A DNA stretch of 64,000 nt from an uncultured Gammaproteobacteria bacterium (GTDB taxonomy: Bacteria; Patescibacteriota; Microgenomatia; UBA8517; JACQJR01): positions 11,159 through 75,158 of the forward strand of contig CAYTZB010000002.1 in the NCBI GenBank assembly GCA_964442455.1, written 5' to 3'. Below the pieces are notes generated by a model. It saw only the letters and a program-made list of their open reading frames with translations. It searched no databases and was not told where the DNA came from. The position numbers were made by a program, and so were the translations under genes. The first letter of the stretch is position 1, and every line of letters begins with the position of its first letter. Shown in pieces: positions 37,467-46,674 of this stretch.

Positions 37467-38830
37467 ATCCCACCTTTCCTTTCTCGCAACCTTTGTACAT
37501 CACGCCAACCAATATCGGTCCTAAAATGAAGATTATTGCCATCGATACTTACAACTGACATAGCCTCGTATGCTTTTCTTCTTGCATCGATAACTGTTTC
37601 ACCTTCACCTACTATATAAAACACCCTACCTCCATTGGCATAGTATCTTCCCTCTTCTTCTTCAATCCCTGCTCCATAAAGTCTTACTCCATCAATTTTT
37701 CTTGCTTCATCCAGTCCGTAAATCTGTCTACCTCGTACTTCTTTATAATCACCTGGATAGCCTTTTGAAGCCCCTGTTACAACAACCCTTGCTTTATTAT
37801 CTGTTTGTAGCTGAATACCACTTATATCTCCCCGAGCAATTGCCATACTTACCTCAAATAAATCATTAATAAGTCCTGGTAACACTACTTGAACTTCGGG
37901 ATCGCCCCATCTAGCATTAAATTCAATCACATAAGGACTCAAAGGTCCCCCTTCTCTTATTGCCATTCCGCCTAAATACAAAACACCTCTATAAGGACGA
38001 CCTTCTGAGTGTAATCCAGCAATGACTCTATCAAGAACTCCTATTTCTACATTTTTCATTAGTTCTGGAGTTAAAACTAATGGTGGAGTACTACAACCCA
38101 TCCCTCCTGTATTCTCGCCTTCATCAAAGTTGTTCACTCTTTTATGATCTTGAGCATTCCCTATAACTTTATATCGTTCACCATCACTAAAAATAAAGGT
38201 TGAAAATTCTTCTCCTGCGGAACCATCATCACTTTTTAGCCATTTCTCTATAAGAAACACCTTGCCTGCATCTCTGAAACGCTCCATTTCTTTTACTCGC
38301 TCTAAAGCTTCTCGGTTATTTCTTGCTGGTAAAGCACCCTTACCTTCTGCAAGCCCTGAGGCTTTTATAAACCAAGGTTGATCTGGTTGTGATTGGATAT
38401 AATTAAAACCTTCCTGTTGACTAAGACAAATTCTAAAAGAAGGTTGTGGAATCCCATGTCTCTCCCCAAATTCTCTTGCCCATGCTTTGTCCCATTCAAT
38501 TTGGCCTGCATTTCTTGTAGGCCCCACAGTAGGAACGCCTCTTTCTATAAGTGTATCAACAAGTCCAGCTTCAACTGCATTATCTTGTGCTATATCTACT
38601 AAATTAACACTTTCTCTTTCACAAATTTCTAGAATTTCTGGAACACTAGTAGTCTTTAATTGAGGATAGATTTGGACAGGTTTATCGGTGTTAATTCTCA
38701 TTAAATCATTGCCAGGCACGGCTAAAATTTTCTCAATATGTTCACTTTGAGCATATTTATCTACTAATGTAGCTCCACGCCCACCCCCATCCACTACCAA
38801 TACAGTATTACCTACACTTCGTTCTTTCAT
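37463..38830 (-). CDS. purD: phosphoribosylamine--glycine ligase (PurD)
   Basis: VLVVDGGGRGATL, AQDHKRV...ENTGGMG, IEFNARWGDPE, GYPGDY, NGGRVF and DIGWR motifs align to PurD. Confidence 0.85.
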   Translation of the reverse strand: MKERSVGNTVLVVDGGGRGATLVDKYAQSEHIEKILAVPGNDLMRINTDKPVQIYPQLKTTSVPEILEICERESVNLVDIAQDNAVEAGLVDTLIERGVPTVGPTRNAGQIEWDKAWAREFGERHGIPQPSFRICLSQQEGFNYIQSQPDQPWFIKASGLAEGKGALPARNNREALERVKEMERFRDAGKVFLIEKWLKSDDGSAGEEFSTFIFSDGERYKVIGNAQDHKRVNNFDEGENTGGMGCSTPPLVLTPELMKNVEIGVLDRVIAGLHSEGRPYRGVLYLGGMAIREGGPLSPYVIEFNARWGDPEVQVVLPGLINDLFEVSMAIARGDISGIQLQTDNKARVVVTGASKGYPGDYKEVRGRQIYGLDEARKIDGVRLYGAGIEEEEGRYYANGGRVFYIVGEGETVIDARRKAYEAMSVVSIDGNNLHFRTDIGWRDVQRLRERKGGI

Positions 38831-38957
38831 AAATTATTTAATACTAAATCCTTCCTACTTTTTAAATTCGGCAAACCGAAACTAAACTTGAATTCAAATT
38901 GTGGAATAGTGTAATTACTATCCCGACTTTCAAAGACATATTTGGATTATAACAGGA

Positions 38958-38988
38958 TTCAAGAAAACCGCGACCCGTAAGGTCGCGG
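38958..38988 (-). terminator. rho-independent terminator for the Cys-rich protein gene (stem CCGCGACC/GGTCGCGG, loop CGTAA, T-run on the minus strand)
   Basis: Perfect 8-bp stem at 38968-38988. The minus strand continues with TTTTCTT. Confidence 0.5.
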
Positions 38989-39002
38989 ATGAATTGAACG
39001 CT

Positions 39003-39064
39003 GATATGTCATCCTCCTTTAGAGGTGTAAACCCCGTTCGTAAGAACGGGGAGGATGTCATATC
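39003..39064. other. long imperfect inverted repeat (GATATGTCATCCTCC ... GGAGGATGTCATATC) enclosing an inner hairpin CCCCGTTC-gtaa-GAACGGGG
   Basis: 15-nt outer arms with one central mismatch, plus a perfect 8-bp inner stem. Lies between the Cys-rich gene stop and the first terminator. Confidence 0.5.
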
Positions 39065-39098
39065 AAGAATGCGAAAGGAAATTATTCAGAAGTTTAAA

Positions 39099-40730
39099 TT
39101 AAAATTCCAGCCAATCTAAAATAATCTGGAGTAAACCCCGAGCAGTGCTTACCCCTTGCACTCCTGATGGAGGAGCTTGTGGTTGAGATTGCTGTTGCTG
39201 GGGCTGTTGATTTTGTTGATATTGCTGCTGTCCTTGCTCTCCAGAAGATCCACCTCCGCCATATTGTCCAACGTATGGAGCGCAGGCTGAATCTTTAGGG
39301 TTTGACTTACAATAAGATGTACAGGAAGCCTCATCCGTACATCCTCCGGGACCAGAAAATCCTCCTCCATATTGTCCAGCGTATTTAGCACATTCACTAT
39401 CCTTCGGATTACTTTTACAATACGATGTACATGAAGCTTCATCGCTACAACCACCGGGCCCGGAAATTCCTCCACCATATTGACTTGCCATCTGTTTACA
39501 AGCTTCATCTTGGGAATTGGCTGTGCAGTAGGCTTTACATGAGCTTTCCGAATTACAACCACCGGGCCCGGAAACCCCACCACCATACTGGCTTGAGTAT
39601 TTTTGACATTCAGAATCTTGAGAGTGTTCTTTACAATAGGCAGTACACGAACCAACGTCACTACACCCGCCCGGCCCGCTGAATCCGCCATATTGACCGC
39701 TATATTGTTTGCATTCTGCATCAGAAGGATTGGCCCGACAATAAGCTTCACAGGAACTTTCATCCTCACACCCCCCAGGCCCTTTAAAGCCTTCGTATTT
39801 ACTACTATACTTTTTACACTCCGGGTCAGAAGAGTTTTGTTTGCAGTAAGCACTACACGAGGCAATATCACTACATCCTCCAGGACCTTGGAAATCTACT
39901 TCTATTTCCTGATCATCTGCATAGTTTAAGCAGACTCTTTGATTATATGGTTGACTGCAGAAAGCTTGGCATTCTTGCTCTGTTTTACATCCTCCAGGAC
40001 CGGTTGAACCATACTGTCTGGCCAGCTCTGCCTCCTCTTCTGTAATAAATCCTAATGCTAAAGCCATATCAAGACACTCCTCCGAGTGTCCGGGGTCAGC
40101 ACAATACGCTTCACATGCTGTCTTCGAATCACACCCGCCAGCACTCTTGCCACTTCTAATAAGATCAACAAATCTTTGAGCTTCAGGTGATAGTTCTAAA
40201 GGTATACCAATTTGTTCTTGCCACGTTAAGCACTCTTGCCAGTTTCCTTCTAAAGAACAATAGATTTCACATTCATTCTCGCCGCGGCAATTCCCAGGGG
40301 GCAGTATGGCATCCTCCCCTTTCATACCGGCTGCTACTTGGCGAGCTTTTTGCAACTCATCAGGTGTTGCAAACCCGTTTTCTTCAGCAAAATCCAAACA
40401 CTGGTCTAGATTGGCATAATCATTACAAAATACCTCTACTGAACAACCCTCATCAGTTCTGCACCATCCAGGTCCTCCGGTTGTAGCCAGCTGGGTAAAT
40501 CTTTCTGCTCTATCAAGCTCTTCTTGAGTTACAAGGTTGTGTTCTTTGGCAAAGGGAAAACAGGGTGACATTTTATTTTCTGGTATATCACAGAAAGCCC
40601 GACACTCTGCTTCATCTTCACATCCTCCAAGCTCTGCCACAGGAAAAGTAATATCATCTCCTGATGAAGCATATACCATTCCGATTGTTAGGAAAAACAT
40701 AATAAAGGGCAGGAAAAGTAATTGTTTCAT
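39099..40730 (-). CDS. secreted cysteine-rich tandem-repeat protein (about 11 four-Cys modules, poly-Q tail)
   Basis: Signal peptide MKQLLFLPFIMFFLTIGMVYA. Six near-identical ~33-aa repeats GPGGC(S/T)DE(A/S)SC(T/E)AYC(K)xNxxDxEC(K)xYxxQYGGGxS, plus five degenerate N-terminal modules. C-terminal QQQYQQNQQPQQQQSQPQ. Confidence 0.7.
   Translation of the reverse strand: MKQLLFLPFIMFFLTIGMVYASSGDDITFPVAELGGCEDEAECRAFCDIPENKMSPCFPFAKEHNLVTQEELDRAERFTQLATTGGPGWCRTDEGCSVEVFCNDYANLDQCLDFAEENGFATPDELQKARQVAAGMKGEDAILPPGNCRGENECEIYCSLEGNWQECLTWQEQIGIPLELSPEAQRFVDLIRSGKSAGGCDSKTACEAYCADPGHSEECLDMALALGFITEEEAELARQYGSTGPGGCKTEQECQAFCSQPYNQRVCLNYADDQEIEVDFQGPGGCSDIASCSAYCKQNSSDPECKKYSSKYEGFKGPGGCEDESSCEAYCRANPSDAECKQYSGQYGGFSGPGGCSDVGSCTAYCKEHSQDSECQKYSSQYGGGVSGPGGCNSESSCKAYCTANSQDEACKQMASQYGGGISGPGGCSDEASCTSYCKSNPKDSECAKYAGQYGGGFSGPGGCTDEASCTSYCKSNPKDSACAPYVGQYGGGGSSGEQGQQQYQQNQQPQQQQSQPQAPPSGVQGVSTARGLLQIILDWLEF
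39290..39925 (-). repeat. ~100-nt coding tandem repeats (six copies) inside the Cys-rich gene
   Basis: The repeats generate several spurious overlapping ORFs in other frames (39149-39871, 39425-39682, 39603-39929). Confidence 0.65.
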
Positions 40731-40975
40731 TTTGTTTCTCGAAATGGATTTGGATAAATATCTTTGAATGGATTAGTCTTTGCCTGAAATACATCAACTT
40801 CAGGTAGCTTATTTTTTATGGGGTTTTGAGCTTCTTTGAATATCTGCTCTCCCAAAGATGGTTGCCTCATTTTTGTATTCCAGTACCAAAAACCAAAAAG
40901 CCCTGCAAGAACAAGAAGTACGAGAAGAATCGGAACAACAGTTCCTCTTTGAGAAGTCAGATTTCTCTGGGGCAT
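40727..40975 (-). CDS. small hypothetical membrane protein (82 aa)
   Basis: Single TM helix. Overlaps the start of the Cys-rich gene by 4 nt, suggesting co-transcription. Confidence 0.4.
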   Translation of the reverse strand: MPQRNLTSQRGTVVPILLVLLVLAGLFGFWYWNTKMRQPSLGEQIFKEAQNPIKNKLPEVDVFQAKTNPFKDIYPNPFRETK

Positions 40976-41110
40976 TAATTAATTATTGCTCTCCAAAATT
41001 AAGGTTGTCAAGTCAAAGTGGTACGGGGCAGGTTCTAAATGTGGGATAGCGTAACTTGAATTCCGCACAGATAACGACATGAAGATATTCTATTAGAGAT
41101 TTTAGAAAAG

Positions 41111-41743
41111 TTAGTAGGAGATTACAACTGTTTTGTCCAACCACTCATTGTTCGTTAATGATTTGAGCATAAAGTCCGCAACATCGGCTCTCGAGATACT
41201 ATCTCCTGGCTTAACATCGAGCTTCTCGCCTACTCGGTACTTACCAGTTTTTTCTCCGTCTGTGAGCGATAAGGGGCGTATAATTAGATAGTCCAACCCA
41301 CTTTCACGCGTCTCACTTTCTTGTTTAATCTTGTCATCTATCATAGGTCGCGCAAGCGTAATTTGTTCTTCGGTCATACCAGAATTTTTTAAAAATTCCA
41401 TTCCCTCTGGTGAGCCGCTCATTGGATACGAACTTTGGACAATTAACCGTTTGGTGTTGTGCTTCTTCATGAATTTTATGATATTGGTTGTCCCTTGAGC
41501 CATCACATTTCCCCCATCAGGTTTTGGGCCAAGTGCGACTACTACAGCATCAACACCGTCTACTCCAGCATCAACCGTTTCAGATTTTACAACATCTCCT
41601 TGGACAAAGGAGAGCTTGTCATTTTTGATCGTCATTTTTTGGGAATCTCTGACAAATGCTTTAACCTCTATACCTTGCTCCAAGGCCTGCTGCACTACCT
41701 GCATACCAGTTTTACCTGTTGCCCCAAACACTGCAATTTTCAT
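41111..41743 (-). CDS. NAD(P)H-binding protein (NmrA/flavin reductase-like SDR)
   Basis: MKIAVFGATGKTGMQVVQQALEQGIEV Rossmann N-terminus. Start trimmed to MKIAVFG, which follows a GGAGG site. Confidence 0.8.
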   Translation of the reverse strand: MKIAVFGATGKTGMQVVQQALEQGIEVKAFVRDSQKMTIKNDKLSFVQGDVVKSETVDAGVDGVDAVVVALGPKPDGGNVMAQGTTNIIKFMKKHNTKRLIVQSSYPMSGSPEGMEFLKNSGMTEEQITLARPMIDDKIKQESETRESGLDYLIIRPLSLTDGEKTGKYRVGEKLDVKPGDSISRADVADFMLKSLTNNEWLDKTVVISY

Positions 41744-42038
41744 TTCTCTCACTTCCCCTCCTCTTTTTGGTGTAATATAAATTTCAACAATTTGCAAGAG
41801 GTTATTACTCAGCATTTACCACCTGAAAGGTGGATTACTTTGACACCTAGGAGAATTTTACTCAGCCTTCGTTAGAATCAAAACAACAAAATTTGTCTTA
41901 TTTGATGCAGTTAACTTTCCCAACAACTCCAGCCAAGAACTCAATCTTTAACCCACCTCCAAAAACTACAAAACTTTCTAGGTGAATAAAATCAAATTAG
42001 ATTATGTTATGTGCGATTCTCCACTTTCCGGGGCATTG

Positions 42039-42545
42039 TTAGAACGATCCTTCCAACACGTGGGCTTCGGGTTTGCCGTCCAAACCTTGGACTTCGGTTT
42101 CCTCGGTAACCACCACATCTTTATAATCGGGGTAATTTTGTGATGCAGTAAAGGTGAGAACGTAATCACTGCCCTGTTTTGTCAACTTTCCCGTTGAGAA
42201 GAAGGTAAGCGAAGGTATCTTCTTAACAAGCCATCCTTCATAGAATTTCCCTTTTTTCAGATCTTCCAGGCTTGCCCGCACTGTATGGGTAAATGTTGTT
42301 CCGTCAAAACTTCTGGTGGCAGTACCTGATCCCTTATACTTGCCAACGGCCGAGAGCGTTGCTGTCTCAACAGTTGCCTCTTTTTCTTCATCCACGGATG
42401 GAAACCCTTGCTCGGTTTGAGGAGAATACGGTAGTTTGTACCCACCCCCTGGACGCAAAAAGAAATAATAAACTCCACCGTAAATAATTACCCCGATCAA
42501 CGCATAAATCAGTACTCGCTGCCAAAAAGGTCTTTTACCGTACAT
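42039..42545 (-). CDS. hypothetical membrane-anchored protein
   Basis: N-terminal TM helix, β-rich remainder. Confidence 0.45.
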   Translation of the reverse strand: MYGKRPFWQRVLIYALIGVIIYGGVYYFFLRPGGGYKLPYSPQTEQGFPSVDEEKEATVETATLSAVGKYKGSGTATRSFDGTTFTHTVRASLEDLKKGKFYEGWLVKKIPSLTFFSTGKLTKQGSDYVLTFTASQNYPDYKDVVVTEETEVQGLDGKPEAHVLEGSF

Positions 42546-42666
42546 ATTTTATGTAGACATATTTTTAGTATCTTGTCAATTTTTACACCTGCATATCTTC
42601 TGGGGAATTCCAAACATCTTGAAGGTCAAGAACAAATTTTAGGACTTTTGGGGAATTTTAGCACTT

Positions 42667-43263
42667 TTATTGATTTAGAACATCTTGTGGGGGTAAAGGA
42701 CGGAGGGTGAACCTAACATCCAAACGAAATTCGTCATAAAAATCTCTAAGTTTTTGAGAATCATCCTTGATTTCTCTAAACTTTTTCTCTACTTCTTCTC
42801 GATCAACTAAAGGAGTAAGCATATCGCGTGTAATTCCTATAGCCATACCAATAGGATGATAAGTCATAGGCAATAAAACAGGGTCAGGTTGTTCATTAGC
42901 AATTTCCCATCCCCACTCCAATAAAACAGTAAGCCTCGTGAGAAATTGACGTTGTTGTTCTGAAAACGTAACTTCTGGAACTTTTACCGCTCCTTCTTTC
43001 AATTTGGTCTGAAATTCTTCCAAGTACTCATAGATACCTTGGTTCCTTTCGTGCTCATACAAAAATGGGTCATCGTTAGTAATTATCCGAAGTGTGTCTA
43101 TGGTAAGTTCATTTAAAATTCCTAACCGAGATCTTCCTAAACTCATCCCAGCAACGGATAAAGCAAACGCTTGATAGCGACATACCGTAAATACTTGACG
43201 TAAATATTCTTTCGTCTCTTGGTTCAAATGTTCAGAATATTGCCCGAATTCTTTAGGTGTCAT
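42667..43263 (-). CDS. hypothetical protein (198 aa)
   Basis: ORF only. Confidence 0.45.
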   Translation of the reverse strand: MTPKEFGQYSEHLNQETKEYLRQVFTVCRYQAFALSVAGMSLGRSRLGILNELTIDTLRIITNDDPFLYEHERNQGIYEYLEEFQTKLKEGAVKVPEVTFSEQQRQFLTRLTVLLEWGWEIANEQPDPVLLPMTYHPIGMAIGITRDMLTPLVDREEVEKKFREIKDDSQKLRDFYDEFRLDVRFTLRPLPPQDVLNQ

Positions 43264-43291
43264 AGCACAACGGATTTTACCATTTTTGAGG

Positions 43292-43945
43292 CTAAGAGGC
43301 TATATAATAATCTGATCCTTCAACAAATACCGCTTGTTCGTTTGTTATTTTAATGAGTTCATATTTATTTCCATACTCCTCAATAATTTTTTGAAATTTA
43401 TCTTCATATTTTTTATCTCCGTAATGTGGTAGTACCACAAAATTAACTAGATTTAATCCCTCAGTTGATTGAAGATCAGGTGCAGCTGATGGATCATCAA
43501 GTAATTCAACTGGTTTGATATCTGGGCCTGCTAAAGTAGCTCCTGCGCTTGAACCGATATACAAAACTCTTTCCCCGAAAACTAATCTTTTTACTACCTT
43601 ATCAAAGCCACTTTTTTGTACCTTATCAAGTAGGTAAAAGGTATTTCCACCCGCAACAAAAATTATATCTATATTTCTTAGCTCTTCCCCTAGTTCTCTT
43701 TTTGTTTTATCTTTTATATCAACATCAAAAACATCAAAGCCTACTTCAACTAATTTATTTCTATCTTCTTTTACAAACCATTTATCTTTATATGGATTAG
43801 CTGCTGTAGGAATAAACGCTACTCGAGTCTGATTTCTAGGTTTATTAGGAAATAAATTAGCAGCTTTGTCTAGTGATTTAGAAGCAACAGATGCAAGAAA
43901 TAATCTCGGAGTAACACTACTAACTTTCACTGTAACCTGAGACAT
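43292..43945 (-). CDS. peptidase S51 family (dipeptidase E-like)
   Basis: VAFIPTA...IIFVAGGNTFYLL...LYIGSSAGATLAGPDI, giving the Ser/His/Glu arrangement of PepE. Confidence 0.7.
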   Translation of the reverse strand: MSQVTVKVSSVTPRLFLASVASKSLDKAANLFPNKPRNQTRVAFIPTAANPYKDKWFVKEDRNKLVEVGFDVFDVDIKDKTKRELGEELRNIDIIFVAGGNTFYLLDKVQKSGFDKVVKRLVFGERVLYIGSSAGATLAGPDIKPVELLDDPSAAPDLQSTEGLNLVNFVVLPHYGDKKYEDKFQKIIEEYGNKYELIKITNEQAVFVEGSDYYIAS

Positions 43946-43983
43946 GAGTAAAATCTATAACCTTTGTGGCATATTATCTAGAT

Positions 43984-44931
43984 TTAACTGACTACATTCT
44001 GAGGTTTTCCTTTGAGAAAACCTTCTATATTACCAATGAAGATTTCTTGCTTAGCTATCCTCGCCTCATCTGAAATATAACCAATAGGCGGATACAATAT
44101 ACAATTTTTATACTTTGATAATTTCTTAGCATCTTTCGGATCTAATTCATCCGAATGATCTGATATAAATGTTATGTCTCCCTTTTTTAATCTTTCTTCT
44201 AACGCATCTAAATCTGTTATCTCGTTCGGAACTGTACTGATAATCAAAGCTCTTGGTTTAATACTATTTATCCTTTTTTTATTTAAGAAATGTTTAGTTT
44301 CCGGAGTTTCAGCCAAGTGAAGAGAAATAATATCTGCCTTTGAAATCAACTCATCTACATTTTGATACTTAATACCAGCTTTTTCTAAATCTTTTTTCCT
44401 ATGCTCTGACCAATATCTCACATCTGCCCCAAAACCTTTCGCAATTTCTGCTACTCTACTCCCAATTCTTCCTAAACCAATTATCCCAAATAATTTATCC
44501 TTTATTTCTGTGGCTTTAAATTCTGCTTCTGAATAATTACCCTTACGTGCTTGTTCCTTTGCTTTTGTTATCTCTCTTATTTTTTCTAAAAGTACCGCAA
44601 AAACAAATTCTGCAACTGATTCTGTAGCATAGCCCGGAACATTTGAGACAATTATTTTTTTCTTTTTTGCATAGCCAACATCAACTTTTCCATACGCCGT
44701 TGCCAAAACACCAACAAATTTTAAATGAGGGGCTCTATCTATTTCTTTTTTACCAACATCAATTTGAAATCCTGTTAATATACAGTCCGTATCAGATAAT
44801 TCTCTTGAGATTTGAAGACTATCTTTTGGCAAAAATACCTTTTTCTCAATTATTGCATCAAGCTTTTGCCAATACTTTTTATCAAGGCTTGGGGTAGTAA
44901 TATTAATAAAGAGTACTTTCTTAAATTTCAT
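43984..44931 (-). CDS. D-isomer-specific 2-hydroxyacid dehydrogenase
   Basis: GIIGLGRIGSRVAEIAKGFGADV NAD-binding motif. Start trimmed to MKFKKVLF. Confidence 0.85.
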   Translation of the reverse strand: MKFKKVLFINITTPSLDKKYWQKLDAIIEKKVFLPKDSLQISRELSDTDCILTGFQIDVGKKEIDRAPHLKFVGVLATAYGKVDVGYAKKKKIIVSNVPGYATESVAEFVFAVLLEKIREITKAKEQARKGNYSEAEFKATEIKDKLFGIIGLGRIGSRVAEIAKGFGADVRYWSEHRKKDLEKAGIKYQNVDELISKADIISLHLAETPETKHFLNKKRINSIKPRALIISTVPNEITDLDALEERLKKGDITFISDHSDELDPKDAKKLSKYKNCILYPPIGYISDEARIAKQEIFIGNIEGFLKGKPQNVVS

Positions 44932-44981
44932 AATCAAGCACATTCTACTCCTTTAAGGAAAGGATTGCCAGAGATATGAGG

Positions 44982-45518
44982 TTAAGTCGTAGTTAGAGTT
45001 GGTTGGAGCTTTCGACTCATAGTCCTTAATCCCTTTTTAATTTCTTGAAACGCACGGAGGTTTGTTCGGTAATACTGATCTCCACCAGTTTCTCTTACTA
45101 GTCTTCTAGTGCGATCAATTTCTATCTGGGTAGCTGTAAGTAACATTGCGTATTTTGCTTCATCACCTGCTAAACCATGAGTGGCAAGGAAATCTGGATA
45201 CCGTGCTATTAAGGCAGCTGTTATCTCTAATGTATTTTCCTCTTCAGGGTCGTAATATGCATCTATTTGTTCAACCAAAGCTTCACCTATTTGTATAGGA
45301 TTTAATCTTCCTTCCCCATAAAAATCGCGGAATTGATAAGCATCCGTAAAAAATTTAAGTCGTAATCTGGCTTGGGAATAATCTGCAGGAAAAGCAAGTT
45401 GTTGGGCAATCGACTCAGGAGTGGGTGAAAAAAGTTCACCTTTATCAAAAGTTCTACCGGCAAAAGTTATCTCTGTTCTCCTGCCTATCGATACTTCACT
45501 CGCGCTTGGCATATACAA
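44982..45518 (-). CDS. hypothetical protein (178 aa)
   Basis: ORF only. Confidence 0.4.
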   Translation of the reverse strand: MYMPSASEVSIGRRTEITFAGRTFDKGELFSPTPESIAQQLAFPADYSQARLRLKFFTDAYQFRDFYGEGRLNPIQIGEALVEQIDAYYDPEEENTLEITAALIARYPDFLATHGLAGDEAKYAMLLTATQIEIDRTRRLVRETGGDQYYRTNLRAFQEIKKGLRTMSRKLQPTLTTT

Positions 45519-45588
45519 GGATTATATCTTTAAAGCTTAATTTGTCAAATCTCTAATTGGGGTTGTGTGCATTTTACCATTTTTGAGG

Positions 45589-45804
45589 CTATTTTAGTTT
45601 AATGAATTCTTTCTCGGTAGATTTAGCTTGTTTAATAATCCCTAGCAGCAATCCCCTTCTAACATCCCTTGAATGCATTGGGACTGAAATAGTGATTTTC
45701 GAAACAGGATGGAAAATAATAACATGACTACCGGATTGTCTTCTTTTTATATAACCCAACTTCTGAAGAATTGAAACAATTTCTTTGGGTCTAAAAGAAG
45801 CCAT
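45589..45804 (-). CDS. hicA: HicA-family mRNA interferase toxin
   Basis: 71 aa. LQKLGYIKRRQSGSHVIIFHP...VPMHSRDVRRGLLLGIIKQA matches the HicA/YcfA pattern. Confidence 0.75.
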   Translation of the reverse strand: MASFRPKEIVSILQKLGYIKRRQSGSHVIIFHPVSKITISVPMHSRDVRRGLLLGIIKQAKSTEKEFIKLK

Positions 45805-46061
45805 TAAAGTGAGGCAATGGGTACACTAACTTTAGTGACGATTACATCCTCATTCTCAGTAGGAACTTTTTGGCCTTCGTCTTTCAACACTGCCAGGTAA
45901 CCCTCGATTGCATCTTTTGCCATTGCCATCGCTTCTTCAAAAGTATCACCTTCTGTAATACAACCAGGTAAAACAGGCACTGTTACCACATACCCACCTT
46001 CTTCAGCTGGTTCAAAAACCGCAGTATATTTTAAAACTTTTGCAACTTTGTTTTTAGCCAT
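45804..46061 (-). CDS. hicB: HicB-family antitoxin (N-terminal domain only)
   Basis: YTAVFEPAEEGGYVVTVPVLPGCITEGDTFEEAMAMAKDAIEGYL. Its stop overlaps the hicA start (ATGA-type coupling). Confidence 0.75.
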   Translation of the reverse strand: MAKNKVAKVLKYTAVFEPAEEGGYVVTVPVLPGCITEGDTFEEAMAMAKDAIEGYLAVLKDEGQKVPTENEDVIVTKVSVPIASL

Positions 46062-46176
46062 AAGCGTAGCTTGTGGCTAAGCTTTGCTTAACCATAGCTC
46101 TGTAATTATAGCACAATTTCTCTTGTTAATAACCTGCTTGATCTTTAATATTTTTAATAAAACTCATTGTAGAATC

Positions 46177-46644
46177 CTAATTTAATAATACTATTGCTAC
46201 GTTTAAAACAGAAGCAAAGCTGACCCACAAGATATACGGAACCAACAAATATGCTGCCAATTTTGAAATTGGATAAAAGTATTTAATTGTCAAAAATATC
46301 GTTATCCATAAAGCTACTATCTCAATAAACGCTAAAGTTGGATTTTTAAGTCCAAAAAATAAAATGGACCATAATGCATTCAGTCCTAATTGGATAAAAA
46401 ATAAAGTAAGTACTTTTTGTTTAATTTTACTTTTGGAAACCCACACAAAGTAAAGCGATATTCCCATTAAAATATAAAGCGTTGTCCATACAGGGGCAAA
46501 AACCCAATTAGGAGGAGAAAAGATGGGTTTATTTAATGTTGCATACCAGGTGGGAATTGCGGAAACTGTAAAAAATGAACCAATGAAACCTGCCCCCAAG
46601 CAAACTCCAATTGACAGAAGCAGTTGTGGAATTTTAACGGACAT
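46177..46644 (-). CDS. tspO: TspO/MBR tryptophan-rich sensory protein
   Basis: Five TM helices, with WYATLNKPIFSPPNWVFAPVWTTLYILMGIS. Confidence 0.85.
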   Translation of the reverse strand: MSVKIPQLLLSIGVCLGAGFIGSFFTVSAIPTWYATLNKPIFSPPNWVFAPVWTTLYILMGISLYFVWVSKSKIKQKVLTLFFIQLGLNALWSILFFGLKNPTLAFIEIVALWITIFLTIKYFYPISKLAAYLLVPYILWVSFASVLNVAIVLLN

Positions 46645-46674
46645 TAATAAGGGAGATTATCCTAGACAATGGTT

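Noticed and set aside
39149-39929. CRISPR-like periodic repeats, and several overlapping ORFs on both strands (39149-39871, 39425-39682, 39603-39929)
   Set aside because: The periodicity is the ~100-nt coding tandem repeat of the Cys-rich protein, in frame within one long ORF. There are no spacer/repeat alternation and no cas genes.
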